Assembly: GCA_040510195.1 (NCBI GenBank)
Contig: JBEVJK010000053.1
Location: 1,289-65,288 of the forward strand
DNA from: Mesorhizobium sp.
GTDB taxonomy: Bacteria; Pseudomonadota; Alphaproteobacteria; Rhizobiales; Rhizobiaceae
Reading direction: 5' to 3'
Length of the DNA: 64,000 bases
In this document: piece by piece, positions 8,897-21,547 of the stretch
Position numbering within the stretch: position 1 is the first letter of the stretch
Layout: every line of letters starts with the position of its first letter
Notes under the pieces: model-generated
The model's database searches: none
What the model was told of the DNA's origin: nothing
The model's input: the letters and a program-made list of their open reading frames with translations, nothing else
Made by a program: the position numbers and the translations under genes

Positions 8897-11431
8897 ATGT
8901 CAGGCTTCCCGGACGACCTCCCCTTCTTCGACGAGCCGTCGCCCGGCGGCCGCGAAGCTCAACCGCCGAAGGCCGGCGGCATCGCCGCACGCGCCATGGC
9001 GGCGCGGCAGGGTGGCACGGCCGCGCGCTACCTCGACGGGCTCAACCCGGAGCAGCGGCTGGCGGTCGAGACCACCGAGGGCCCTGTGCTGGTGCTGGCC
9101 GGCGCGGGGACCGGCAAGACGCGGGTGCTCACCACGCGGATCGCCCATATCCTGGCCACCGGGCGCGCCTTTCCGTCGCAGATCCTGGCCGTCACCTTCA
9201 CCAACAAGGCGTCGCGCGAGATGCGGCAGCGCATCAGCGTTCTGGTCGGCGAAGCGGTGGAGGGAATGCCGTGGCTCGGCACGTTCCACTCGATCGGGGT
9301 CAAGCTGTTGCGCCGCCACGCCGAGCTGGCAGGGCTCAGGCGCGACTTCACCATCCTCGACACCGACGACGTGGTGCGGCTGCTGAAGCAGCTCATCCAG
9401 GCCGACGGGCTCGACGACAAGCGATGGCCGGCGAGGCAGTTCGCCATGATGATCGACGGCTGGAAGAACAAGGGGCTCGGCCCGGACGACATCCCGGAAG
9501 GCGACGCGCGCGCCTTCGCCAACGGCCGTGGCCGCCAGCTCTATCGCGCCTACCAGGAGCGGCTCATCGCACTCAACGCCTGCGATTTCGGCGACCTGCT
9601 CTGCCACCCGATCCGGATCTTCCGCGCTTATCCGGACGTGCTCAAGGACTATCACCGGCGCTTCCGGTACATCCTGGTCGACGAGTACCAGGACACCAAC
9701 ACGGCGCAATATCTGTGGCTGCGGCTGCTGGCACAGCGGCCGGACGCTGCGCGCGGCGAGCCGTCGCCGGTCAACATCTGCTGCGTCGGCGACGACGACC
9801 AGTCGATCTACGGGTGGCGCGGCGCCGAGGTCGACAACATCCTGCGCTTCGAGAAGGACTTCCCCGGCGCCACCGTGATCCGCCTGGAGCGCAACTATCG
9901 CTCCACCGCGCACATACTGGGGGCCGCTTCGCATCTGATCGCCCACAATGAGGGTCGGCTGGGCAAGACGCTGTTCACCGATGCGGCCGACCCCGAGGAC
10001 GCGAAGGTCAACGTGCATGCCGCCTGGGACTCGGAAGAGGAGGCCCGGGCGGTCGGCGAGGAGATCGAGCGCCATCAACGCAATGGCGAGCGCCTTGCCG
10101 ACATGGCGATCCTGGTGCGGGCGGCGTTCCAAATGCGCGAGTTCGAGGAGCGCTTCATCACCATCGGCCTCAACTACAAGGTGATCGGCGGACCGCGCTT
10201 CTACGAACGCATGGAAATCCGCGACGCGCTCGCCTTCTTCCGCGTCGTCGCCCAGCCGGCAGACGACCTGGCGCTCGAGCGCATCATCAACGTGCCCAAG
10301 CGAGGGCTCGGCGAGGCGACGATCCGCCAAGTGCACGACACGGCGCGGGCGCGCGGCGTTCCGATGCTGCAGGCGGCCGCCGAGCTCGCCGAGAGCGACG
10401 AGCTGAAGCCGAAGCCGCGGGCCGCGCTCAGGCAGGTGACGGCCAATTTCGAGCGCTGGCAAGCGATGCTCGACAGCACCCCGCATACGGAGCTGGCCGA
10501 GGTCATCCTGGAGGAGAGCGGCTACACCGACATGTGGAAGAACGACCGCTCGGCCGAGGCGCCGGGGCGGCTCGACAACCTCAAGGAGCTGATCCGCTCC
10601 ATGGAAGAATACGAATCGCTGCGCTCGTTCCTGGAACACGTCGCGCTGGTGATGGAGGCCGAGCAGAGCGACGAGCTCGACGCGGTCAACATCATGACGC
10701 TGCACTCGGCCAAGGGGCTGGAGTTCGAGACGGTGTTCCTGCCGGGGTGGGAGGAAGGGCTCTTTCCCCACCAGCGCTCGCTCGACGAGGGCGGCCGCGC
10801 CGGCCTGGAGGAGGAGCGCCGGCTGGCCTATGTGGGGCTGACGCGCGCCAAGAAGACGCTGCACATCTGGTTCGTCTCCAACCGTCGCATCCATGGGCTG
10901 TGGCAGTCGACCATTCCGTCGCGCTTCCTCGACGAGCTGCCGGAGGCGCATGTCGAGGTGGTCGAGGCCGACAGCGCCTATGGCGGCTACGGCTATGGGA
11001 GCGGTTTTGCCGAACGCGGGAAGCGGCGGACGAACCCCTATGGCCCGTCCCGGTTCGACGACGTGCAGGGCGCGGCCTTCTCCAACAGCTACGCAACGCC
11101 GGGCTGGCAGCGCGCCCAGCAGAACCGCACCGAGGCAACCGACCGCAACTGGGGGACGCGTTCCGGCCACCATGTCGAACGCATCGGCTATGGGGAGACG
11201 GATTCGGGCTATGGCGCGGGGCGAGGCTCGGTGAAAGGGCGCACCATCGAGGGCGAGCTGGTGGCGAAGTCGGTTTCCGCCGAACCGTCGCTCTTCGAGA
11301 TCGGCGACCGGGTGTTCCATCTGAAGTTCGGCAACGGCAACGTCGCGGCGATCGAGGGCAACAAGCTGACCATCGATTTCGACAAGGCCGGACAGAAGAA
11401 GGTGCTGGACAGCTTCGTCAGGCCATCGTGA
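8897..11431 (+). CDS. uvrD: ATP-dependent DNA helicase UvrD/PcrA family (DNA helicase II)
   Basis: 844-aa ORF with Walker A GAGTGKTRVLT and DEYQDTN. C-terminal small beta domain (GDRVFHLKFGNGNVAAIEGNKLTIDFDKAG). Confidence 0.95.
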   Translation: MSGFPDDLPFFDEPSPGGREAQPPKAGGIAARAMAARQGGTAARYLDGLNPEQRLAVETTEGPVLVLAGAGTGKTRVLTTRIAHILATGRAFPSQILAVTFTNKASREMRQRISVLVGEAVEGMPWLGTFHSIGVKLLRRHAELAGLRRDFTILDTDDVVRLLKQLIQADGLDDKRWPARQFAMMIDGWKNKGLGPDDIPEGDARAFANGRGRQLYRAYQERLIALNACDFGDLLCHPIRIFRAYPDVLKDYHRRFRYILVDEYQDTNTAQYLWLRLLAQRPDAARGEPSPVNICCVGDDDQSIYGWRGAEVDNILRFEKDFPGATVIRLERNYRSTAHILGAASHLIAHNEGRLGKTLFTDAADPEDAKVNVHAAWDSEEEARAVGEEIERHQRNGERLADMAILVRAAFQMREFEERFITIGLNYKVIGGPRFYERMEIRDALAFFRVVAQPADDLALERIINVPKRGLGEATIRQVHDTARARGVPMLQAAAELAESDELKPKPRAALRQVTANFERWQAMLDSTPHTELAEVILEESGYTDMWKNDRSAEAPGRLDNLKELIRSMEEYESLRSFLEHVALVMEAEQSDELDAVNIMTLHSAKGLEFETVFLPGWEEGLFPHQRSLDEGGRAGLEEERRLAYVGLTRAKKTLHIWFVSNRRIHGLWQSTIPSRFLDELPEAHVEVVEADSAYGGYGYGSGFAERGKRRTNPYGPSRFDDVQGAAFSNSYATPGWQRAQQNRTEATDRNWGTRSGHHVERIGYGETDSGYGAGRGSVKGRTIEGELVAKSVSAEPSLFEIGDRVFHLKFGNGNVAAIEGNKLTIDFDKAGQKKVLDSFVRPS

Positions 11432-11437
11432 GGCCGT

Positions 11438-11929
11438 TCAGGCGCTCGCCTTCGTCCGGCCCTTGAGCTTGCCGGCCTTGCTCTGCTTGCGTGCCTCGGC
11501 ACGGCCCTCTCGACGGCCCTCGACCTCTCCCTCGCGCCGGGCTTCGTCGCGAAGCTTTTGGCGTTCGCGATCGGCCCGCTTGGCGGCCCGCTCGCATTTG
11601 TCCCTGATCTCCTCGACCTCCGACTCGGTCAGGTGCTCGATGCCGATGAAATGGTTGTGGCCGCGGCCGACGCGGATCAACTCGTCGAGCTTAGCCTGGA
11701 TGGCGGCGCCGTCGCGATTTTGCGTGTTCTGGATCAAGAACACCATGAGGAAGGTGACGATCGTCGTGCCGGTGTTGATGATGAGCTGCCAGGTGTCGGA
11801 AAAGCCGAAGATCGGACCGGTCACGGCCCACACGACGACGATGGCCACGCAGACGACGAACGCCGCCGGCGTGCCCGTCGCGTAGGCGACGTGGTTGGCG
11901 ATCTTGGTGAAAGCCTTCTCGAAAAGCAT
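11438..11929 (-). CDS. low-affinity iron permease family membrane protein
   Basis: 163-aa ORF. Two TM helices plus FLMVFLIQNTQNRD, which I remember as characteristic of this family. Confidence 0.7.
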   Translation of the reverse strand: MLFEKAFTKIANHVAYATGTPAAFVVCVAIVVVWAVTGPIFGFSDTWQLIINTGTTIVTFLMVFLIQNTQNRDGAAIQAKLDELIRVGRGHNHFIGIEHLTESEVEEIRDKCERAAKRADRERQKLRDEARREGEVEGRREGRAEARKQSKAGKLKGRTKASA

Positions 11930-11986
11930 CTGTCTGCCCTCACCCGCTATAATCCGCCTGCGTCACGTCGGTTCCGCCGGGGCTTG

Positions 11987-12442
11987 TCAGCGCACGAAGA
12001 CCGTCACCGAACCGTCGGCCTCGAAGCGCGTCGCGACGACGCTCTTCAGCTCGACCTTCTGGCGGCCGAGCTCCTCGCTCAGCGGCCGGCTCGCCCGGAC
12101 GGCCGCCTGCAGGCCGTCGATGCCGGCCTTGCCGTCTGCGATCGCTTTTTCGAGGCGCGGCCGCTCGCCGTCGTCGGCGGAAAGCTCGGCGAGGTGGATG
12201 ACCTTGACCTTGCCCACCTTGGCGATGGTGGGGATCTGCTCGGCAGTGGTCGGGTTGGCCGCGATGGCCGCCAAAGCGAGGTCAACCGTGAAGCCGGAAG
12301 CGGTCGTGCTCGCCGTGGGGTCCGGGTCGGGGCTCATGGTGGCGGTCGAACCGGCCCGTTGTCCCGGTGCGGTGTCGTCGGAAAGGGCCGGACCGGCCAG
12401 GGCGATCAGCGAAGCGACGGCCGCCGCAGCGATGCGTCTCAT
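11987..12442 (-). CDS. secreted hypothetical protein
   Basis: 151-aa ORF with a signal peptide (MRRIAAAAVASLIALAGPALS). No family recognised. Confidence 0.6.
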   Translation of the reverse strand: MRRIAAAAVASLIALAGPALSDDTAPGQRAGSTATMSPDPDPTASTTASGFTVDLALAAIAANPTTAEQIPTIAKVGKVKVIHLAELSADDGERPRLEKAIADGKAGIDGLQAAVRASRPLSEELGRQKVELKSVVATRFEADGSVTVFVR

Positions 12443-12566
12443 GGTTCCCTCCTCGGGACGGTGTGAATCCCTTCACAAGGAAAACCGCCTTTCGCCGCGC
12501 AGGTTCCAATGGCGGACAATCGCGCTACATTCGGCGGCCCCGATCCAAGCCATGCGGAGAAGCCCC

Positions 12567-13448
12567 ATGCCCAGTGCCGAAGCACCCCACCCCGCCCTGC
12601 AACCCGGCCGGGCCGCCGTTATCACCGGGGCGGCAAGCGGCATCGGGCTTGCGACGGCGCGCCAGCTGGCGGCGCTGCATATGAAGGTCGTGTTGGCGGA
12701 TCGCAGTCCCGAGGCGCTGGAAAAGGCCGTCGGCGAGGTGGCGGCGATCGCGCTCGCCGGCGACGGGGAGGCTGGCGACGCCGTGGCAGTCGCCTGCGAC
12801 GTCTCGCGGGCCGACGAGCTCGAAAGGCTGGCCGACACGGCGTTCTCGCGGTTCGGCGAGATCTCCTTCCTGATGAACAATGCGGGCGTCGGCGACAATC
12901 CGGGCAAGCCCTGGGAAAATCTCGACCGCTGGCGGCGGCTGATCGACATCAACTTCTGGGGCGCGGTGCACGGGGTCGCGGCCTTCGTGCCGCGCATGCT
13001 GGCCCAGGGGGCCGAGGGGCTGATCGTCAACACCGGCTCGAAGCAAGGCATCACGACGCCGCCGGGCAACCTCGCCTACAACGTCTCCAAGTCGGCGCTG
13101 AAGGTCTACACGGAGGGGCTGGCCCACGAGCTGCGCAACATGCCGGGGGCGCGCCTGTCGGCGCATCTGCTGATCCCCGGCTTCACCTTTACGGGGCTGA
13201 CGACCGGGGCGACCGAGAAGCCTGCCGGGGCATGGACGGCGGACCAGGTGGCGGGCTTCATGCTCGAGAGCCTCGAGCGCGGCGATTTCTACATCCTGTG
13301 CCCCGACAACGAGACGACGCGCGGCCTCGACGAGCGTCGCATGGCGTGGGCCGCCGGCGACATCATCGAGAACCGGCCGGCGCTGTCGCGCTGGCATCCG
13401 GACTTCAAGGACGCCTTCGCGGCCTACCTTCAGAAGGAACAGAGCTAG
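12567..13448 (+). CDS. SDR family oxidoreductase
   Basis: Contains [11 protein letters not shown] (TGxxxGIG) and YNVSK (YxxxK). Start trimmed to ATG 12567, with GGAGA 6 nt upstream; the track ORF starts at 11895. Confidence 0.85.
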   Translation: MPSAEAPHPALQPGRAAVITGAASGIGLATARQLAALHMKVVLADRSPEALEKAVGEVAAIALAGDGEAGDAVAVACDVSRADELERLADTAFSRFGEISFLMNNAGVGDNPGKPWENLDRWRRLIDINFWGAVHGVAAFVPRMLAQGAEGLIVNTGSKQGITTPPGNLAYNVSKSALKVYTEGLAHELRNMPGARLSAHLLIPGFTFTGLTTGATEKPAGAWTADQVAGFMLESLERGDFYILCPDNETTRGLDERRMAWAAGDIIENRPALSRWHPDFKDAFAAYLQKEQS

Positions 13449-14092
13449 CCGGTCTTGCGCTCCCAGCGGACCAGGAAGGCCTCGATCGACAACGCCTGCA
13501 TGTCGGGGATCGCCTCGAAGAGGCGTTCGAGCGGCCAATCCCACCAAGCGAGCGCCGAGAGGCGAGCGGCGATCTCGGCCGGGAAGCGGCGCCGGAGCGG
13601 AGCGGCGGGCACGCCGGCGACGATCGTGTAGGGCGCAACGTCCCGCGTCACGACGGCGTTGGCGCCGACGACGGCGCCGTCGCCGATCGTCGCGCCCGGC
13701 ATGACGACCGCACCGTGGCCGATCCAGACGTCGTTGCCCAGGGTCACCCGGCGGCCGCGGCGCCGCTCGCGGAAGCCCTGGTCGACGCCCAGAAAGCGGA
13801 AATACTCGTTCGGCCGATAGCTCATCTTGTGCGTCGTGGGGCGCTCCAGCGGGTGCTCCAGCGCGTTGATGCGGCTGTTGGCGGCGATCGAGCAGAACTT
13901 GCCGATCTCGGCATAGATCGCCTCGGCATGGCGCTCGAAATAGGAGAAGTCGCCCAGCGTCACCTCGCGCAGGACGCAGCGCTCGCCCACGGCGGAGTAG
14001 CGTCCCAGCCGGCACGATCTGAGCTCCGCCGTGGAATGAATGCGCGGCTCGGGATCGGTGAAGCGCAGGTCGCCCGCGTCGTCGACGGTCAC
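13445..14092 (-). CDS. hexapeptide-repeat xenobiotic (CatB/Vat-like) acetyltransferase
   Basis: Left-handed beta-helix repeats ([30 protein letters not shown]). Start placed at GTG 14092, forming a GTGA overlap with the creA stop; the alternative is GTG 14113. Confidence 0.8.
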   Translation of the reverse strand: MTVDDAGDLRFTDPEPRIHSTAELRSCRLGRYSAVGERCVLREVTLGDFSYFERHAEAIYAEIGKFCSIAANSRINALEHPLERPTTHKMSYRPNEYFRFLGVDQGFRERRRGRRVTLGNDVWIGHGAVVMPGATIGDGAVVGANAVVTRDVAPYTIVAGVPAAPLRRRFPAEIAARLSALAWWDWPLERLFEAIPDMQALSIEAFLVRWERKTG

Positions 14093-14571
14093 TGCGGCTT
14101 GCCCTTTTCCCACACGACGTCCTGGCCGAACAGCGGCACCGTCGAGATCGCCATCTTGGCCGAGCCGTCCTGGACCTGCCGGGAATGCGAGAGGTAGATC
14201 AGCGTGTCGTTGGCCCTATCGTAGATGCGGTTCACGACCTGCTTCTTCCAGATCAGGCTGATGCCCTGCTTGAAAACCTCCTCGCCGCCGGCGCCGAGGG
14301 CGATTTCGCCGACCTTGATAGGCCCGGTCTGGCGGCAGGAAATGGCGGTGTCGGACGGGTCCTCGAACCAGTTGCCCTTCTGGAGGCGATCGACCATGCC
14401 GCGCTCGAAATAGGAGATGTGGCAGGTGACGCCCTCGACACCCGGGTCGCGGATCGCCTCGACGACGATGTCGTTGCCGAGCCAGTCGACGCCCACCTTG
14501 CCCACCGGCTCGGCATGCGCGACGGCGGCGCTGGCCGCGAAGAGTGCGGCGGCTGCGAGAAAACGGATCAT
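14089..14571 (-). CDS. creA: CreA family periplasmic protein
   Basis: Signal [20 protein letters not shown] and a conserved CreA-like core ([11 protein letters not shown]...SCRQTG). Start at ATG 14571, with GAGGA 8 nt upstream. Confidence 0.8.
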   Translation of the reverse strand: MIRFLAAAALFAASAAVAHAEPVGKVGVDWLGNDIVVEAIRDPGVEGVTCHISYFERGMVDRLQKGNWFEDPSDTAISCRQTGPIKVGEIALGAGGEEVFKQGISLIWKKQVVNRIYDRANDTLIYLSHSRQVQDGSAKMAISTVPLFGQDVVWEKGKPQ

Positions 14572-14649
14572 CGTCGAAGTCCTCATGTCGTTCACGTTAT
14601 GGGGCGCGGCAACAAACCGCCTTTGCCTGACGGCATCGGCTATCTTATC

Positions 14650-14820
14650 ATGCTAGCCATGGACACGGCGCCTCGAAAGCTCGTTCTACCGGCCGCCAAG
14701 GTCGCGCTCGGCGTGCTGGCGTTCGCCGCGGCGACCGGCCTTGCCTTTGCGGCCTGGGTCGAGAACGGGGGCGCCATCCTCATGACGATGGCCGAAAGCG
14801 GCCTGTCCTGGTGCTTCTGA
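14650..14820 (+). CDS. small hydrophobic hypothetical protein (56 aa)
   Basis: Tail of track ORF 14185..14820. One TM helix (VALGVLAFAAATGLAFAAW) and high GC3. Lies immediately upstream of the SCO gene. Confidence 0.5.
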   Translation: MLAMDTAPRKLVLPAAKVALGVLAFAAATGLAFAAWVENGGAILMTMAESGLSWCF

Positions 14821-14851
14821 GCGACCTCCTCATCCCGCGGACCTTCCCGAA

Positions 14852-15430
14852 ATGATGCGTTCCATCCTGATCGGCATCCTGGTGCTCATGGCCGCCGGCG
14901 TCGGCTTCATCACCTTCCAGTGGTATCGCACGGTGCATGGCGGCGAGCCCTACGGGGCGGCCTTCACGCTGGTGGACCAGAAGGGCGGCGCCATCACCGA
15001 GAAGGCGTTTCGCAGCCAGCCGAGCGCCGTCTTCTTCGGCTTCACGCATTGCCCCGAGGTCTGCCCGACGACGCTCTTAGAACTCGACGGCTGGCTGAAG
15101 ACGCTGGGTCCTGAGGGCAAGGACATCAAGGCCTATTTCGTCACCGTCGATCCAGAGCGCGATACGCCGAAAGTGCTCAACGACTACGTGACTGCGGTGT
15201 CGGACCGCATCACCGGGGTCACCGGCAAACCGCAAGACGTCGCCGCCATGATCAAGGCGTTCGGCATCTATGCCAAGAAGGTCCCGGTCGATGGCGGCGA
15301 CTATACCATGGACCACACTGCCTCCGTGCTGCTTCTCTCGAGAGGCGGCCAGTTTGCCGGCACCATCGCTTATGGCGAGAACGCCGAGACCGCGCTGGCC
15401 AAGCTGAAGCGGCTGGCTGCCGAGGGATGA
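14852..15430 (+). CDS. SCO/SenC family copper chaperone (thioredoxin fold)
   Basis: FGFTHCPEVCPTTL CxxxC motif and an N-terminal TM anchor. Confidence 0.9.
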   Translation: MMRSILIGILVLMAAGVGFITFQWYRTVHGGEPYGAAFTLVDQKGGAITEKAFRSQPSAVFFGFTHCPEVCPTTLLELDGWLKTLGPEGKDIKAYFVTVDPERDTPKVLNDYVTAVSDRITGVTGKPQDVAAMIKAFGIYAKKVPVDGGDYTMDHTASVLLLSRGGQFAGTIAYGENAETALAKLKRLAAEG

Positions 15431-16311
15431 CCGCCGACGGCGGTCAGGTCCGCTTCCACGTCAAGGCACCCAAGCGCCTGGCGGAGACGCTCTATTCCGC
15501 TCTCGATGCCCTCTTCGAGGAGGATGGGCTGCCGCTCGCCATCACCGATTTCGACGAGGATGCCGGGATCCACGAGGTCTCGCTCTACGCCTTCGACGAC
15601 CTTGACGCGATCGAGCGACAGGTCGTCAGGATCGCGGCGGAGATCGGTCCCGATCTGGTCGTCGAGCGGGAGGCGTTGCCCGATATCAACTGGGTGGCAC
15701 GCTCGCTGGAGGGGCTGAAGCCGATGCGCGCCGGCCGCTTCCTGGTGCACGGCGCGCATGACCGTCATCGGCGCCAGGTGGGCGACCTGGCGATCGAGAT
15801 CGAAGCGGGGCTGGCCTTCGGGACCGGCCACCACGGCACCACGGCCGGCTGCCTGGAGATGATCCTCGACGTGGCGCGGCGCGAACGGCCGCGGCGCGTG
15901 CTCGATCTCGGGACCGGCAGCGGGGTGCTGGCGATCGCCATCGCCAAGCTGCTGCCGGCCCGCGTGCTGGCGACCGACATCGATCCGGTGGCGACGCGGG
16001 TCGCGGCCGGCAATGTCGAGCTAAACGGGGTCCGGAACCGGGTCCGCACGGTCACCGCCGCCGGCTTCCACCATCCGGCGCTGGCGGCCGCCCGGCCATT
16101 CGACCTCATCGTCGCCAACATCCTGGCGCGGCCGCTGATCAGGGTCGCGCCACAGATGGCGGCGCATGTCCCGACCGGCGGCTCGTTGATCCTGTCGGGG
16201 ATCCTGGAGCGGCAGCGCGAGGCGGTGCTCAGCGCCTATGTCGGGCAGCGCTTCCGGCATGTCCGCACCTTGCGCCGCGAGGGCTGGGTCACGCTGCACC
16301 TCAAGCGGTGA
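15427..16311 (+). CDS. prmA: ribosomal protein L11 methyltransferase
   Basis: Contains FGTGHHGTTAGCLE and the SAM motif DLGTGSGVLAIA. ATGA overlap with the SCO gene. Confidence 0.9.
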   Translation: MTADGGQVRFHVKAPKRLAETLYSALDALFEEDGLPLAITDFDEDAGIHEVSLYAFDDLDAIERQVVRIAAEIGPDLVVEREALPDINWVARSLEGLKPMRAGRFLVHGAHDRHRRQVGDLAIEIEAGLAFGTGHHGTTAGCLEMILDVARRERPRRVLDLGTGSGVLAIAIAKLLPARVLATDIDPVATRVAAGNVELNGVRNRVRTVTAAGFHHPALAAARPFDLIVANILARPLIRVAPQMAAHVPTGGSLILSGILERQREAVLSAYVGQRFRHVRTLRREGWVTLHLKR

Positions 16312-16377
16312 CGTTGCAAGCGGCATCCGCCGGGGCTAAGCGTTGACGACGTTCGCCTCAGCGCAGGGAGAGCCCGA

Positions 16378-18204
16378 ATGTTCCAGAGCTTCGATGCCGA
16401 AAGCGATCCCTCGGTCGGGCCGCCGCGCGTCGCGGCGCTCAGAGAGTGGCTGGCGGCCAACGATCTCGACGGCTTCCTGGTGCCCCGCGCCGACGAGCAC
16501 CAGGGCGAGTACGTCGCGAAACGCTCCGAGCGGCTGCGCTGGCTCACCGGCTTTTCCGGCTCGGCCGGCGTCGCGCTGATCCTGCGCGACCAGGCGGTCA
16601 TCTTCGTCGACGGCCGCTACCAGCTGCAGGTGCGCGGCGAGGTCGACACCACGCTGTTTGCGATCGAGCACCTGATCGAGTCGCCGCCGCCCACCTTCAT
16701 TCGCGAGAGGCTGGGCAAGGGTGCGCGGATCGGCTTCGACCCATGGCTGCACACCATCGCCGAGGTGAAGGCGCTGACGGCGGCCGCCGGCAAGGTAGGG
16801 GCCGAGCTGGTGCCGGTCGCCGAGAATCCGATCGACAGGCTGTGGTCGGATCAGCCGCCGCCGCCGTTGGCGCCGGTGGCGATCCAGCCGCTCGACTACG
16901 CCGGCGAGCTCGCCAGGGAAAAGCTCGTCCGGCTCGGCGCCGCTCTCGCCAAGGAAGGTGCCACGCATAGCGTCCTGACCGACCCCTCCTCACTCGCCTG
17001 GACGTTCAACATCCGCGGCAGCGACTTGCCGCACACGCCGCTGGCGCTGGGCTTTGCCATCATCGCGGCCGAAGGGCTGCCGCTGCTGTTCCTCGACAAG
17101 CGCAAGCTGCCGCGCGAGACGGAGGCCTATCTGACCCAGCTCGCGGACCTCAGGGCGCCCGCCACGTTGGAAGGAGAGCTTGCCGGCATCGCCAAGGCCG
17201 GGGGCAAGATCGGGCTCGACCCTTCCCTCGCCGCCGAGCGGCTCAGGCTGCTGGTCAAGGACAATGGCGGGACGGTGGTGGCGATGCCCGACCCGGCCCG
17301 GCTGCCACGCGCCGCCAAGAACGCCGCCGAGATCGCCGGGGCGCGCGCCGCCCACCGGCGCGACGGCGCGGCCGTTTCCCGCCTGCTCGCCTGGCTCGAC
17401 CGGCAGCAGCCCGGCACCATGGACGAGATCGCGGTGGTCAAGCGGCTCGAGGAGAGCCGCGTCGGGCTGGGCGCGACGACTCAGATGCCACTCAAGGAGA
17501 TCTCCTTCGACACTATCGCCGGCGCCGGGCCCAATGGGGCCATCATGCATTATCGCGTCTCCAACGGGAGCAACCGGCGGATCGTGCCCGACAGCCTGTT
17601 CCTGCTCGATTCCGGCGGCCAGTACCAGGACGGCACGACCGACATCACCCGCACGGTGGCGATCGGCATGCCGAGCGAAGAGATGAGGCAGCGATTCACC
17701 ATCGTGCTCAAGGGCCTCATCGCCATCTCGCGGCTGCGATTTCCGGCCGGCACGCGGGGGGCCGACCTCGATGCCTTCGCCCGCCATGCCCATTGGCAGG
17801 CCGGGCTCGATTTTGCGCATGGGACCGGCCACGGTGTCGGTTCCTACCTCTCCGTTCACGAGGGGCCGCAGCGGCTCGCCAAGACCGGCACCGAAAAGCT
17901 GCTGCCGGGCATGATCCTCTCCAACGAGCCCGGCTACTACAAGGAAGGCGAGTATGGCATCCGCATCGAGAACCTGGTGCTCGTCTCGCCGCCCGAGCCG
18001 ATCCCCGGGGGCGAAATCCCGATGATGGGCTTCGAGACGCTGACGCTGGCACCGATCGACCGCAGGCTGATCGCGGCAAACCTTCTCACGGAGGGCGAGC
18101 GCGCATGGCTCGACGCCTATCATGCCCGCGTGCGCTCCGAGATTGCCCCGCTGCTCGACGGCGCGGACGTGGCCTGGCTGGAAGCCGCCACGGCGCCTCT
18201 GTGA
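16378..18204 (+). CDS. aminopeptidase P family (M24B Xaa-Pro aminopeptidase)
   Basis: 608-aa ORF with HGTGHGVGSYLSVHEGP and SNEPGYY metal-ligand motifs. Confidence 0.9.
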   Translation: MFQSFDAESDPSVGPPRVAALREWLAANDLDGFLVPRADEHQGEYVAKRSERLRWLTGFSGSAGVALILRDQAVIFVDGRYQLQVRGEVDTTLFAIEHLIESPPPTFIRERLGKGARIGFDPWLHTIAEVKALTAAAGKVGAELVPVAENPIDRLWSDQPPPPLAPVAIQPLDYAGELAREKLVRLGAALAKEGATHSVLTDPSSLAWTFNIRGSDLPHTPLALGFAIIAAEGLPLLFLDKRKLPRETEAYLTQLADLRAPATLEGELAGIAKAGGKIGLDPSLAAERLRLLVKDNGGTVVAMPDPARLPRAAKNAAEIAGARAAHRRDGAAVSRLLAWLDRQQPGTMDEIAVVKRLEESRVGLGATTQMPLKEISFDTIAGAGPNGAIMHYRVSNGSNRRIVPDSLFLLDSGGQYQDGTTDITRTVAIGMPSEEMRQRFTIVLKGLIAISRLRFPAGTRGADLDAFARHAHWQAGLDFAHGTGHGVGSYLSVHEGPQRLAKTGTEKLLPGMILSNEPGYYKEGEYGIRIENLVLVSPPEPIPGGEIPMMGFETLTLAPIDRRLIAANLLTEGERAWLDAYHARVRSEIAPLLDGADVAWLEAATAPL

Positions 18205-18207
18205 GAG

Positions 18208-18504
18208 CTAGCCGAACAGGAAGCGCGCCGCGATCAGCACGGCGGCGCCGGTCAGGAACATGGTCATCAGACCGCCACGCAGCGCCACGAGGCCGGCGAC
18301 GAGCAGTGCCGCAAGCTCCACCGGCCCCGCGGAGAGGAGGGACGGCGCGACCAGCGTGGTGAGCACGGCCGCCGGCACGGCGTCCAGCGCTCCCTCGACC
18401 CGCGGGTGCAGCCGCTCGAAGCGCGACAGCACGAGGTGGCCACCGATCCGGGTGAGATAGGTGAGCGCAGCCCCCGCCAGGATGATCCAGACCGTCGAGG
18501 ACAT
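18208..18504 (-). CDS. azlD: AzlD-family branched-chain amino acid transport protein
   Basis: 98-aa hydrophobic protein. Start trimmed to ATG 18504 (TGATG junction with the azlC stop); the Arg-rich track extension looks non-coding. Confidence 0.75.
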   Translation of the reverse strand: MSSTVWIILAGAALTYLTRIGGHLVLSRFERLHPRVEGALDAVPAAVLTTLVAPSLLSAGPVELAALLVAGLVALRGGLMTMFLTGAAVLIAARFLFG

Positions 18505-19238
18505 CACGGCTTTCCTGGCGGGCGGGCCGGCGCGAGAACGGCGGCGAGCGCGATGCCGGCGGCGGCGCCGATCGAGACGTGCCAAGGCGATCCGACATAG
18601 CGGAAGGCGAGAACCGAAGCGACCCCCGACGCCGCGACGACCGGCAGCCAGAGAGGCCGTCCGCGAAAGCTCATCACCAGGCCGAGGAAATAGATCGGCA
18701 ACAGGAAGTCGAGACCAAACGCATGCGGATCGGCGATCAGGCCGCCGAAATAGGCGCCGATCGCCGTCTCGGCGACCCAGGTCACCCAGATCGGCAGCCC
18801 AAGCCCGAAATACCAGGCGAAGCTGAGGCGGTTGCCCGCCTCCTGTCGCCGCTCGGCTTCGGCGAATTGCGGGTCGCTGAGCAGGAAGAAGGCCACCGCC
18901 CTCTCAAGGAGAGGCCAGCGATCGATGCGGCGCCCGAGGGCCGCCGAATAGAGCACGTGGCGGAAGTTTACGGCGAAGATCGACAGCACGATCAGCCAGG
19001 GGGCGATTTTCTGGCCGAACAGCTCGATGCCGACCATCTGGCTGGCGCCGCCGTACACGGTGGCGCTCATCAGCACAGCTTCCCCAACCGAGAGGCCGTT
19101 CTCGACGGCCAGGGCACCGAAGAGCAGACCGAAAGGAAGCACCGCGACGATGACGGGCAGGCCGTCGCGCATGCCCTCCCGGAAGGCACCGAAGCTGCGC
19201 TCCTCGGCGGGCTCGGCCTCGGTGCTGGCGGACATCAA
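18504..19238 (-). CDS. azlC: AzlC-family branched-chain amino acid transport permease
   Basis: 244-aa polytopic membrane ORF directly upstream of, and coupled to, azlD. Confidence 0.85.
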   Translation of the reverse strand: MMSASTEAEPAEERSFGAFREGMRDGLPVIVAVLPFGLLFGALAVENGLSVGEAVLMSATVYGGASQMVGIELFGQKIAPWLIVLSIFAVNFRHVLYSAALGRRIDRWPLLERAVAFFLLSDPQFAEAERRQEAGNRLSFAWYFGLGLPIWVTWVAETAIGAYFGGLIADPHAFGLDFLLPIYFLGLVMSFRGRPLWLPVVAASGVASVLAFRYVGSPWHVSIGAAAGIALAAVLAPARPPGKP

Positions 19239-19336
19239 AGGCTCCTCTGGCTTGGCTGGGCTGAAGTAGGCGACCGCGCGCCGCCTGTCACATGAATTCG
19301 TCTGAGCGGACGATCAGCCGGATTGAAGACGGCGCC

Positions 19337-21526
<2,190 letters not shown>

Positions 21527-21547
21527 CTAGCGAACCGCGCCGTCCGC

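Noticed and set aside
8900-11320. 806-aa minus-strand ORF
   Set aside because: It is exactly antisense to uvrD, which has unambiguous helicase motifs. The composition is Arg/Gly/Ala/Pro/His-rich with no motifs.
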